Below, in pieces: positions 41,991 to 51,379 of a DNA stretch of 64,000 nt. The position numbers were made by a program, and so were the translations under genes. The notes beneath the pieces were generated by a model. That model was given only the letters and a program-made list of their open reading frames with translations, was not told where the DNA came from and did not search any database. Every line of letters starts with the position of its first letter. Within the stretch, counting starts at the first letter, position 1. Source of the DNA: Vicinamibacteria bacterium (GTDB lineage Bacteria > Acidobacteriota > Vicinamibacteria > Vicinamibacterales > JAENWD01); assembly GCA_963828745.1 (NCBI GenBank), contig CAWHFZ010000008.1, forward strand, positions 224,723 to 288,722. Reading direction: 5' to 3'.

Positions 41991-42457
41991 CGCCGGCGGC
42001 GTGCCCGAGGGAAGGAGCAGTCCTGGCCGCATTGGAGGGGCATTTCCCTGACGGGGACGGAACTTCGCGCATGCGTTCGGATGATCTTGCGTCGCATCTT
42101 GCCGACTGTGCGGCCTGTGCCGAGATCGCGACCGCCCGTCTCATCGCCGACATCCACGCCGACGACCTGCAAGCGGCGAACGTGCCGTCGGCCGGGCAGG
42201 TCTGGTGGCGCGCCCAGGTTCGCGCGCGCGCCGAGGCGCGACGGGCGGCCGAGCGGCCGATGCAGATCGTTCACGCCGTGTCCGCGGCCTGCGTCGCCGG
42301 CGCGCTCGCGGCCGGCGTTGGCTGGGCGTGGCCGTGGATGCAGACGGCCCTGTCCGGTGCGGCGACCTCGCAACTGGCGTTCGCGTGGTGGCTGGCGATC
42401 GGGGCGTGGTTGATCATCGCGCCAGTAGCGCTCTACATCGTGTTCGCACGCGAGTAG
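41987..42457 (+). CDS. Anti-sigma factor (zf-HC2-like HxxxCxxC, one or two TM helices)
   Basis: ATGA overlap with the sigma gene. SHLADCAACAEI. Hydrophobic C-terminus. Confidence 0.7.
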   Translation: MTPAACPREGAVLAALEGHFPDGDGTSRMRSDDLASHLADCAACAEIATARLIADIHADDLQAANVPSAGQVWWRAQVRARAEARRAAERPMQIVHAVSAACVAGALAAGVGWAWPWMQTALSGAATSQLAFAWWLAIGAWLIIAPVALYIVFARE

Positions 42458-42506
42458 CACGCGCCACTGATGGGCGGCGCGCCTGCCATGCTACTCTTCA
42501 AACGAA

Positions 42507-44045
42507 TTGCCTCCACGCGCGGACGTGGCCGCCATCGGCGTCGTTTCCACCATCATTCTCCTGCTGCTTGCGACGGCGGCAGGAGCGCAAGCCACGTCCG
42601 AGCTGCGCTGGGGCGGCGACACTGAAGGCGGCGCGCCGTTCGCCGAAGCGGACCCGAACGATCCCACACGCCTTGTCGGGTTCGACGTCGAGATCGCCGA
42701 GCTGATTGCACGCGATCTCGGCCGCATCCCGCGTTTTGTCTTTGTCACCTTTACCTCGATCGATCAATCCGTCGTCCGCGGCGACTTCGATATCGGACTC
42801 AGCGGCATCGAGGACACGCCCGCACGGCGGGCGGCGCTTGCCGTGACGATCCCGTACTACGAATTTCGCGAAGTACTGACAGTACGCGAGGCCGATCGCG
42901 GCCGCTATCGCCGCCTCGAGGATCTTCGCGGCCGGCGCGTCGGCACCCTGGCGGGCACGATCGCCTACGAACTGTTGCTCGACGCGGAGCGTTCGAAAGG
43001 CCTCCAGGCCGTGGCGTACGACGATGACGTGCATCCATACAGCGATCTGCAGCTCGGACGCGTCGATGCGGTGCTCCTCGACAACGTCATCGCGCGTCGC
43101 TCGACAGCCCGGACCCCCGGCTTGTTCACACAAGGCGAAAGCGTCGCGACCGGCCACTACGTGGGCGTCCTCGCACCCTCGAACCGCGCGCTGCGCGACC
43201 GGATCGACGGCATCCTGCGGAAGGCCATGCACGACGGGCGCCTCGAAGCGATCTTCCGGAAGTGGGATCAGTGGAACGACGATCAGCCGCAGTTGTATGC
43301 GCGGCTGCTCGCCAGCGGCAACGGCGCCGATGTGGCAGCGGATGGTCGGAGCGATTCCAGATTCGATGCCCAGGCTTCGGTTGCCGAAGCGAAAGCTTCG
43401 GCCTACGTACGACGTTACCTGCCCGCGCTCCTTCGCGCCGCGGGAATCACGGTCGTGCTCTCAGTGCTGGCGATGGCGCTTGCCGTTGCCGCGGGCATGC
43501 TGATCGCAACCGGCCGCGTCTACGGCAGCCTGCCTGTTCGCACGGTCTTGACGGCGTACGTCGAGCTGATACGAGGCACGCCGCTACTGCTCCAGCTGTT
43601 CGTCCTCTACTACGGACTGGCGTCCGTGGTGCGCTTGCCTGCGTTTGTCGCGGCCGTGATCGGGCTCGGCCTCAACTACGCCGCCTACGAAAGCGAGATC
43701 TATCGCGGCGCGCTCGAAGCGGTACCGCGCGGGCAGCTCGAGGCGGCCCGCACCCTGGGCTTGAACGAGCGTCAGGTGCTGAGTCTGGTGCGCGGGCCGC
43801 AGGCGTTTCGTCTGGCGCTCGCGCCGATGACCAACGACTTCGTCGCTTTGCTCAAGGATTCGTCGCTGGTGTCGGTGTTGACGGTCGTCGAGCTGACGAA
43901 GCAGACGCAGATCTTTGCCGCGAACATCGGCAGCTGGGTGGTTCCGGGTGCGCTCTGCGCGGCGCTGTATCTGGCCATGTCGCTGCCACTGGCACGAGTG
44001 GCGCGCCGGCTCGAACACAAGTGGAAGGCGGCGACGGCGGCATGA
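42507..44045 (+). CDS. Amino-acid ABC transporter, fused periplasmic substrate-binding and permease protein
   Basis: 512 aa. The N-terminal half is SBP_bac_3-like (GFDVEIAELIARDLG). The C-terminal half is a HisM/GlnP-like permease (ELIRGTPLLLQLFVLYYGL). The start is at 42507 (TTG) or 42525 (GTG). Confidence 0.8.
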   Translation: MPPRADVAAIGVVSTIILLLLATAAGAQATSELRWGGDTEGGAPFAEADPNDPTRLVGFDVEIAELIARDLGRIPRFVFVTFTSIDQSVVRGDFDIGLSGIEDTPARRAALAVTIPYYEFREVLTVREADRGRYRRLEDLRGRRVGTLAGTIAYELLLDAERSKGLQAVAYDDDVHPYSDLQLGRVDAVLLDNVIARRSTARTPGLFTQGESVATGHYVGVLAPSNRALRDRIDGILRKAMHDGRLEAIFRKWDQWNDDQPQLYARLLASGNGADVAADGRSDSRFDAQASVAEAKASAYVRRYLPALLRAAGITVVLSVLAMALAVAAGMLIATGRVYGSLPVRTVLTAYVELIRGTPLLLQLFVLYYGLASVVRLPAFVAAVIGLGLNYAAYESEIYRGALEAVPRGQLEAARTLGLNERQVLSLVRGPQAFRLALAPMTNDFVALLKDSSLVSVLTVVELTKQTQIFAANIGSWVVPGALCAALYLAMSLPLARVARRLEHKWKAATAA

Positions 44046-44813
44046 ACGCCCCCGTGATCCTGGACGTCAAGGCGCTGAAACTGCGTCGCGGAGCGCGGGA
44101 GGTGTTGCAGTCGATCACGCTGCAGGTGAGGCGCGGCGAGCTCGTGGCGCTGATGGGGTTGTCAGGTGAAGGCAAGACCACCATCCTCCGCGCCATCGCG
44201 GCGCTGGAGCCTTTCGATGGCGGAGCGATCGTCGTCGGCACCACCCGGCTCACTGCCTGCCACCGTCATCCCGGACCGACGATTCGGGCGCTGCGCGACC
44301 AGGTCGGCATGGTCTTCCAGCACCACTGCCTCTTCGAGCATTTGTCCGCGATCCAGAACGTCTGCCTCGCGCCGGTGCATGTGCGGAAGCAGGCGCCGGC
44401 TGAGGCCGTGGCGCGCGCGCGCACGCTGCTCGAGGAACTGAGCGTCGCGCACCGCGCTGACGCCTTGCCGCGCGAGATCTCCGGCGGCGAGGCGCAACGC
44501 GTCGCAATCGCTCGCGCCCTGGCGATGGACCCTCCGCTCCTCCTGATGGACGAGCCGACGGCCTCGCTCGATCCGGTTCGCCGCCGCGATCTCGGCGAGA
44601 CGCTCGGAGCACTGACGGCATCTGGACGGACCCTGCTCATCACGTCGCACGACGACGATTTCGTCAGGGACTTCGCGACGCGTGTCGTGGTGCTCTCAGG
44701 CGGTCGAGGTGGTCGAAGAAGGACCGCCGCAGCGCGTCATCTCTCATCCGCAGCATCCGGCCACGCAGCGTCTGCTGATGACCGAGCGTGCCCGCCGTCG
44801 CCCTGCTGTGTGA
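44042..44813 (+). pseudogene. Amino-acid ABC transporter ATP-binding protein, one frame change near 44700
   Basis: ATGA overlap with the permease. GLSGEGKTT, ISGGEAQRVAIARA, LLLMDEPTASLD. The C-terminus VEVVEEGPPQRVISHPQHPATQRLL is only readable in the +1 frame and ends at the TGA 44811-44813. Confidence 0.8.
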
Positions 44814-44859
44814 CGGCTGGAACTCTTCACACGAACATCATCCGCATCGATTCCGACCA

Positions 44860-46308
44860 ATGAGCAGCCATCGTTCCGTACTGGACGCAATTGCCCGCCG
44901 CGCCATGGTGGAGCACGGCCTCGAGCCAGAGTTCTCGAATGCGGCGCTCGCCGAAGCCAGGCAGCTTCCGCAGACGCCTCATCCCGACGTGCGGGATCTT
45001 CGCACCTTGCCCTGGTCCTCGATCGACAACGCCGAGTCACGTGACCTCGATCAGCTCGAGGTATGCGGGGAGAGCAAGGACGGCGTGGACCGTCTGATGG
45101 TCGCGATTGCCGATGTGGACGCGCTGGTGCCTCGCCACTCGGCAATCGACGGGCACGCGCAGCGGAACACGACGTCGGTCTACACGGCCGCGCGCATCTT
45201 CCCGATGCTGCCCGAGTCGCTGTCGACAGACCGCACGTCGCTCAATCCCGACAGCGATCGGGCCGCGCTCGTCGTCGAGATGGCGATCGATCGAGACGGC
45301 GTCGTCCGGAGCTGCGACATCTACCAGGCGCTTGTGAGAAATCACGCCAAGCTCGCCTACGAGGCCGTGGCGGGATGGCTCGAAGGAACTGCCGGGGCTC
45401 CGGCCGCGCTCGAACAATCAGGGGAACTGGCGACGCAGGTCCGTCGCCAGGATGACATCGCGCGACGTCTGCGACAGCGCCGGGTCGAGAAAGGCGCGCT
45501 GGACTTCGACCGGGCCGAGACGCGACCGATCATCGAAGGCGACGACGTGAAGGGGCTGCGGGAAGTGCAGTCGAACCGGGCTCGTGACCTGATCGAAGAC
45601 TTCATGATCGCCGCCAACACGGCAACCGCCGAGTTCCTTGCCGCGCGCCGGTCGCCGTCGATCCGCCGCGTCGTCCGGACTCCCGCGCGATGGCCGCGCA
45701 TCGTCGCGCTCGCCGCCGACCTCGGCGAGCGGTTGCCTGAGACGCCCGACCCGCAGGCGCTCGAAGCGTTCATGACGAGGCGGAAGGCGGCCGACCCGGA
45801 TGCGTGGCCGGAACTGTCTCTGAGCCTCGTCAAGCTACTCGGGCGAGGCGAATACGTACTGGCGGATTCGGCGAGCAAGGGAAGCGATCACTTTGCGCTC
45901 GCGCTGGCCCATTACACGCATTCGACCGCGCCGAATCGACGCTATCCGGACTTGATCACCCAGCGGCTGCTCAAGGCCGTGCTGACGAAATCAGCTCCGG
46001 CCTACTCGAGCGAGGATCTGGCGGCGCTGGCGCAGCACTGCACGCGGCAGGAAGACGCGGCGAACAAGGTGGAACGGCAGGTTCAGAAAGCCGCCGCGGC
46101 GTTGTGGCTTTCGGATCGGATCGGCGAGACCTTCAACGGCGTCGTCACCGGCGCCTCGGCGAAGGGCACCTGGGCGCGCATTTTCAAGCCGCCGGTCGAG
46201 GGCAAAATCGAGCGCGGCTACCAGGGACTCGACGTCGGCGACAAGGTCCGCGTGCGATTGATCGGCACCAACCCCGAGCGCGGGTTCATCGATTTCGAGA
46301 AAGTGTGA
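44860..46308 (+). CDS. RNB-domain exoribonuclease (RNase II/R family)
   Basis: The ATG at 44860 gives MSSHRSVLDAI. IDNAESRDLDQL, FPMLPESLS and RRYPDLITQRLL motifs. C-terminal S1-like domain. Confidence 0.85.
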   Translation: MSSHRSVLDAIARRAMVEHGLEPEFSNAALAEARQLPQTPHPDVRDLRTLPWSSIDNAESRDLDQLEVCGESKDGVDRLMVAIADVDALVPRHSAIDGHAQRNTTSVYTAARIFPMLPESLSTDRTSLNPDSDRAALVVEMAIDRDGVVRSCDIYQALVRNHAKLAYEAVAGWLEGTAGAPAALEQSGELATQVRRQDDIARRLRQRRVEKGALDFDRAETRPIIEGDDVKGLREVQSNRARDLIEDFMIAANTATAEFLAARRSPSIRRVVRTPARWPRIVALAADLGERLPETPDPQALEAFMTRRKAADPDAWPELSLSLVKLLGRGEYVLADSASKGSDHFALALAHYTHSTAPNRRYPDLITQRLLKAVLTKSAPAYSSEDLAALAQHCTRQEDAANKVERQVQKAAAALWLSDRIGETFNGVVTGASAKGTWARIFKPPVEGKIERGYQGLDVGDKVRVRLIGTNPERGFIDFEKV

Positions 46309-46312
46309 CGCA

Positions 46313-46387
46313 GGCGGACCTGAAGGTCCGCCCTGCATGTGGCCGGGATCCTATGCTGCACTTGTAGGGCGGACCTTCAGGTCCGCC
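46313..46387. repeat. REPIN-like inverted doublet of the GTAGG-type REP
   Basis: 46313-46338 (GGCGGACCTGAAGGTCCGCC-CTGCAT) and 46363-46387 (TGTAGG-GCGGACCTTCAGGTCCGCC), with a 24-nt spacer. Located between convergent genes. Confidence 0.9.
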
Positions 46388-46395
46388 TACGTCTT

Positions 46396-48219
46396 TCAGG
46401 TGCGCTCGTGCGCTGGGACTTCCGTCCACAACGTTCGCACGATTCGGATCAGGATCGCGCTGCTGATGACGAACACCACGAAAAGCCATACCGCCGTCGA
46501 GTTGCGGCCATAGAGGAAGTTGCCGACGGTGAACAGCGCCGACCAGATCGCGACGCAGCCGGCGACCCAGCCGACCAGCGCCATCGGGATGTTGTCGCCC
46601 GTGGCCGCGATTTCCGCCTCGGTGAGGCCAGCGATCGCCCGAATCGGCGCCCACCCGGGCCCGGCCGGACGCACGGTGCGATAAAACCGGACGAGCACGT
46701 CCCGATCCGTCTGCGGTCCGACATATGCCGTGATCGTCCAACAGATGGTCGTCGCAATCACCGTCAGCACGAGCGCCACATGAGTGCTGACCTGGACTCC
46801 GTTTCTTCGCCAACACCACGAACAGGACGGACACGAGGAAGGAGCTGACCATCGCCACGACCTCGCACCAGGCGTTCACACGCCACCAGAACCAGCGGAC
46901 GAGATAGAGCAGGCCAGTCCCCGCCCCTACCTGCAGGATGATGTCGAATGCGTTCTTCGCCGAATCGAGGAAGAAGACGAGCGCCGACGAGCAGAAGAAC
47001 AGCAGCACCGTCACGACGCGGCCGGCGAACACGTAATGGCGGCTCGTCCGCGTCCGTCTTGATGAAGCGGCGGTAGAAGTCGTGCACCAGGTACGACGCG
47101 CCCCAATTCAGGTGGGTCAGGATCGTCGACGAGTTCGCCGCAATGAGTCCCCCGACCATCAACCCGACGAAGCCGGCGGGTAGGAACTTCAACATCGCTG
47201 GATAGGCGATGTCGTGCCCGAGCAGCCGGGGATCGAGCGCGGGGAACGCGCGCTGAATGTCCGACAGCTCCGGATACACCAGGATCGACGCGAGCGCGAC
47301 AATGATCCACGGCCAGGGGCGGAGCACGTAATGCGCGACGTTGAAGAAGAGGACGGCGCCAAGCGCGTCTCGCTCCGACTTCGACGCCAGCATGCGCTGG
47401 GCGGTGTAGCTGCCGCCGCCGGGTTCCGCACCCGGATACCAGACGGCCCACCATTGCACGGCAATCGGCATGATGAACACGGCGACCGCAATCTCCCAGT
47501 TGTTCGAGAAATCGGGCAATACGCTCAGATAGTCGATGCCGCCGGGCCCGCGTATTGCCGACAGCTTGCTGATCAGCCCGTCGAGGCCGCCGACCTGCGG
47601 GGCGCGAAGCGCGAAGTACGCCGCGGCGATCACGGCCGTCATCTTGATGAAGAACTGAATCATGTCGATGACGAGCACTCCCCACAGGCCGGAGTGCGCG
47701 GCGAACGCGACGTTCAGCACGCCCACGAACGCCAGGGTCTGCCAGCGTTCGAGACCGAAGAGGACGGCCGCGATCTTGCACGCCGCAAGATTTACCGTCG
47801 CCATGATCATGCAGTTGAACAGCAGTCCGAGATAGATCGCCCTGAACGCCGCGGACGACCGACGCGGCATTCCCGGAGTAGCGGATCTCGTAGAACTCCA
47901 GGTCGGTCATGACGCCGGAGCGCCGCCATAGCCGCGCGTAGAAGAAGACGGTCGCGACACCAGTCAGCACGAAGGCCCACCACACCCAGTTCCCCGCGAC
48001 GCCGTTGCGCCGGACGATGTCCGTGACGAGGTTGGGCGTGTCACTGCTGAACGTCGTGGCGACCATCGAGAGGCCCGCGAGCCACCATGGCACCGCGCGC
48101 CCCGACAGGAAGAACTCTGAAGTGCTGCGGCTCGAGCGCTTGCCGAAGAACAGCGCCGGCACGAAGCAGACCAATAGGCAGATGACGGCGATAACCCAGT
48201 CGAGGAGTGTGAGATGCAT
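46396..48219 (-). pseudogene. Sodium:solute symporter (SSS) family transporter, three frame changes (~47850, ~47043, ~46802)
   Basis: Continuous SSS-like sequence across ORFs 47011..48219, 46764..47870, 46286..47032 and 46396..46779 (EFFLSGRAVPWWLAGLSMVATTFSSDTP...). Confidence 0.8.
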
Positions 48220-48458
48220 GAGGCGTGGCGACTATACAGGAGACGGCTGATCCTGGCGACACGGACATGTCGGGCGGCCGCGCGGTCGTCTGGACCGGGC
48301 GAGAAATACTTACTTCGACGAGCGGATTGTCAGCCCTGAAGACATGTTCACGGCCGCTCCTGCGGATTGGCCCTCATGAAACTGCAGGATTTGCCGATTT
48401 TTGAAGGAATCGGGGCACTGGCACTTGATTTGAATGGTGTCACGGCGGAGACGAGTTT

Positions 48459-48728
48459 ATGGCCAACGGTTCTCTTCAATATGTGAGAGCGCACGACATT
48501 GGCTATGGTCCGTCGGCATTCGGCGCCCTCGTGTGCGATCCCGAGGGCCAGCCGATTGGCCGGCTCGAAGGGTTCCTGGTCGACCCGCAGAGCCAGACCG
48601 TACGCTACTTCGTGGTCGATAACCTGCGCGGCCGCCGTCTCGAGCGCCGTATGATTCCGTTTGCTCCGGCGCAGCTCGATCTCGAGCATCACGTGGTGCG
48701 CTTGATCGACCAGCCGCGCGCCGCGTAG
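48459..48728 (+). CDS. Small PRC-barrel domain protein
   Basis: 89 aa. GRLEGFLVDPQSQTVRYFVVD is typical PRC-barrel core sequence. Confidence 0.5.
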   Translation: MANGSLQYVRAHDIGYGPSAFGALVCDPEGQPIGRLEGFLVDPQSQTVRYFVVDNLRGRRLERRMIPFAPAQLDLEHHVVRLIDQPRAA

Positions 48729-48758
48729 CGAGTCTGCCGCCGGGCTTCCGGCGGCCTC

Positions 48759-50828
48759 ATGTCCCGACTCGCGACTCGATTCGTTGTCGTCTGCCTGCTC
48801 GTGCTGTGGTCCGCTTCCGCGGGCGCCCAGCGTGACACCTGGAAAGCAGACAACGGCAACGGCACCTTCACCAATCCTCTTTTCTACGACGAGTTCTCCG
48901 ACTGCGATCTGATTCGCGTCGGCGACGACTTCTTTCTGACCGGCACCACCATGCACAGCATGCCGGGGCTGCCGATCCTGCAATCGCGGGACCTCGTGAA
49001 CTGGCGCTTCGTCGCCTACGCGATGGATCGGCTCGATCTGGGCCCGGCATTCCGCCTTGAACAGGGCAGGAACATCTACGGCCAGGGCATCTGGGCGCCC
49101 AGCTTCCGTTACTACAAGGGCGTCTTCTACATCTTCAGCAACGTGAACGGCCAGACGACGCAGCTCTTCCGAGCGACGAATCCCGCAGGACCGTGGACGC
49201 GCACGGCGATGAAGCGATCGTTCCACGACATCTCGGCGCTCTTCGACGATGACGGCAGGGTGTACGTGGTCTGGGGGTATCAGGGGATCCGCCTGGCGCA
49301 GCTCACCGAGGATCTGCTGGACGTCGTGCCCGGCAGCGAACGCGAGATCATCCCGCCGTCCGCCGGCATGGGCGAAGGCCTCCATCTCTACAAGATCCAG
49401 GGCAAGTACTACCTGACCAGCGCGTGGTTCCTCGACGAGATGCGGATGCCAATGGCGCGCGCCGACCGTCTCGCCGGGCCATGGGAAGTCAATCAGTCGG
49501 TGAGTCGGGGCGAGGACTTCGGATTCGCTGAAGGGTACCGGCTGAATCCAGCTGCTGGTGTTCCGCCGCGTCCGCCGTTTGCAGTGCGTCCCGGAAATCC
49601 GGAGCTGCGGGGCCGCAACGCGATCCATCAGGGCGGCATCGTGGACACGCCTGCCGGCGAGTGGTGGGGTTTCTCGATGATGGACGCGAACTCCGTCGGT
49701 CGCCTCACGGCGCTGTCGCCGGTGACCTGGACCGACGGGTGGCCCTACTTCGGATTGCCGAACAACCTGGGACGCTCGCCGCGCACCTGGGTGAAACCGC
49801 GCACGGGAGTGACCCAACCGTCCGCCGCACCCTACGTGCGGAGCGACCAATTCTCAGCGCCGGTGTTGCAGCCGGTGTGGCAGTGGAACCATGTTCCGGT
49901 GGACGGACGGTGGTCGCTCACCGAGAGGCGCGGCTACCTTCGTTTGCATGCGCTGAACGCCTCCGACTTGCTGACTGCGCGCAATACGTTGACCGAGCGC
50001 GCCATCGGACCGCGATCGACAGCAACCGTGGCGCTCGACGCCTCGGGACTGAAGCCGGGCGATACAGCCGGCTTCGCCCTGTTCAATCGTCCTTATGCCT
50101 GGCTCGGCATCGTCGTCGACAGCGGCGGTCCCACGCTGACGTACGTCACCGAAGACACGGGGCCAGTCGCTCGCGTGCCGCTGAAATCGCGCACCGTGTG
50201 GCTGCGCGCGGCGTGCGATTTCCTTACGGAGTACGCGGAGTTCAGCTACAGCACCGACGGCAAGACGTTTCAACGAATCGGCGAACCGTTCCGGATGGTG
50301 TTCCAGTTGCTGACCTTCCAGGGCGTGCGCTATGCCCTGTTCAGCTTCAGCCAGACCGAGACTGGCGGTTTTGCCGACTTCGATGCGATCGACATCGACG
50401 AGCCGAACCCCCACGGCCTGATGCGTCCGATTCCCTACGGGAAAGAGGTGCAGCTTTCGGCCGATGGAGCGCCCGGCACGTCATGGAATGCCGACACCGG
50501 CGATAGTCTGCGGGCGTCCGAGGGGCGAGGCACCGGGTTCACGGTGGTCGATCGGGGGTTGGGACGCGTCTCGTTTCGCTCGGGGCGCGGACTGGTGTCG
50601 GTCGGTCCCGACGGCCGGTTGGCGCTGCGCACGATCGATCCAGGTCCCGATCAGACCTTCCAGTGGATCGAGACGTTCACCGGCGAGCTGATCCTGATGT
50701 CCCTCTCCACGAACCGCTATGTTCGGCTGGAAGGCGACACAGGCGTCCTTCGTGCCGACGCAGCGGGCCCGCTGCCCAACCGGCGCGATGGCGTGCGGTG
50801 GAGATGGATCGAGAAATCTCGGCAGTGA
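48759..50828 (+). CDS. Glycoside hydrolase family 43 (beta-xylosidase/arabinofuranosidase-like) with C-terminal accessory domains
   Basis: 689 aa with a signal peptide. NPLFYDEFSDCDLIRVGDDFFLTGTT, IWAPSFRYYKGVFYIF. Confidence 0.85.
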   Translation: MSRLATRFVVVCLLVLWSASAGAQRDTWKADNGNGTFTNPLFYDEFSDCDLIRVGDDFFLTGTTMHSMPGLPILQSRDLVNWRFVAYAMDRLDLGPAFRLEQGRNIYGQGIWAPSFRYYKGVFYIFSNVNGQTTQLFRATNPAGPWTRTAMKRSFHDISALFDDDGRVYVVWGYQGIRLAQLTEDLLDVVPGSEREIIPPSAGMGEGLHLYKIQGKYYLTSAWFLDEMRMPMARADRLAGPWEVNQSVSRGEDFGFAEGYRLNPAAGVPPRPPFAVRPGNPELRGRNAIHQGGIVDTPAGEWWGFSMMDANSVGRLTALSPVTWTDGWPYFGLPNNLGRSPRTWVKPRTGVTQPSAAPYVRSDQFSAPVLQPVWQWNHVPVDGRWSLTERRGYLRLHALNASDLLTARNTLTERAIGPRSTATVALDASGLKPGDTAGFALFNRPYAWLGIVVDSGGPTLTYVTEDTGPVARVPLKSRTVWLRAACDFLTEYAEFSYSTDGKTFQRIGEPFRMVFQLLTFQGVRYALFSFSQTETGGFADFDAIDIDEPNPHGLMRPIPYGKEVQLSADGAPGTSWNADTGDSLRASEGRGTGFTVVDRGLGRVSFRSGRGLVSVGPDGRLALRTIDPGPDQTFQWIETFTGELILMSLSTNRYVRLEGDTGVLRADAAGPLPNRRDGVRWRWIEKSRQ

Positions 50829-50832
50829 GAGT

Positions 50833-51348
50833 TCAGGCGGCGCTGGGAGACCCCAGCGAGACCACCACGTCGGGACTGTGAACAAGCGTCTGATACACGA
50901 CGCAATACCGCTCGGTCAGCTCGATCAGCTTCGCCTTCTCGGCCTCGGCCGCATCGGTGTCGAGCTCGATGGACAATCGGATCCGCTGAAATCCCACCGG
51001 CGTGCCCTTCGCGACGCCGAGAGTTCCGCGGAAATCGAGATCGCCTTCCGCGGAAAGCGTCGCTCCGCGCAGCTCGAGGCCAATCGACGTCGCCACCGCG
51101 GAGAGCGTGACGCCCGCGCACGCCACCAGCGCTTGCAGCAACATGTCGCCGGAGCACGCCGCGAATCCGGTACCCCCTGTCGCAGGATGGAGTCCGGCCT
51201 CGACCAGCGCCCGGCCCGTCTCGACGCTGCACGTGACGTCGTCACCGAGCGCACCTGTCGCACGGAGCGTGATCATCGCGGCATTCGGATCGGTCTTGTA
51301 TTGCTCTTTCAACGGCTGTTGCAACGCACGAAGCTCGTCTCGATTCAT
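50833..51348 (-). CDS. OsmC-family peroxiredoxin-like protein
   Basis: 171 aa. Conserved Cys pair context (FAACSGDMLLQALVACAG, ERYCVVY). Confidence 0.75.
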   Translation of the reverse strand: MNRDELRALQQPLKEQYKTDPNAAMITLRATGALGDDVTCSVETGRALVEAGLHPATGGTGFAACSGDMLLQALVACAGVTLSAVATSIGLELRGATLSAEGDLDFRGTLGVAKGTPVGFQRIRLSIELDTDAAEAEKAKLIELTERYCVVYQTLVHSPDVVVSLGSPSAA

Positions 51349-51379
51349 CTGGTTTCCAGTCTCTCTAAGATAACGCCGT

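Noticed and set aside
42463-42485. GC-rich stem (GCGCGCC...GGCGCGC) after the anti-sigma gene as an intrinsic terminator
   Set aside because: The stem is imperfect and no downstream T-run follows. The next gene starts within 50 nt on the same strand.
48419-48433. Sigma-54-like motif TGGCAC-TTGAT-TTGA upstream of the PRC-barrel gene
   Set aside because: The -12 element is TTGA rather than TTGC, so the invariant GC is lost. There is no supporting context.
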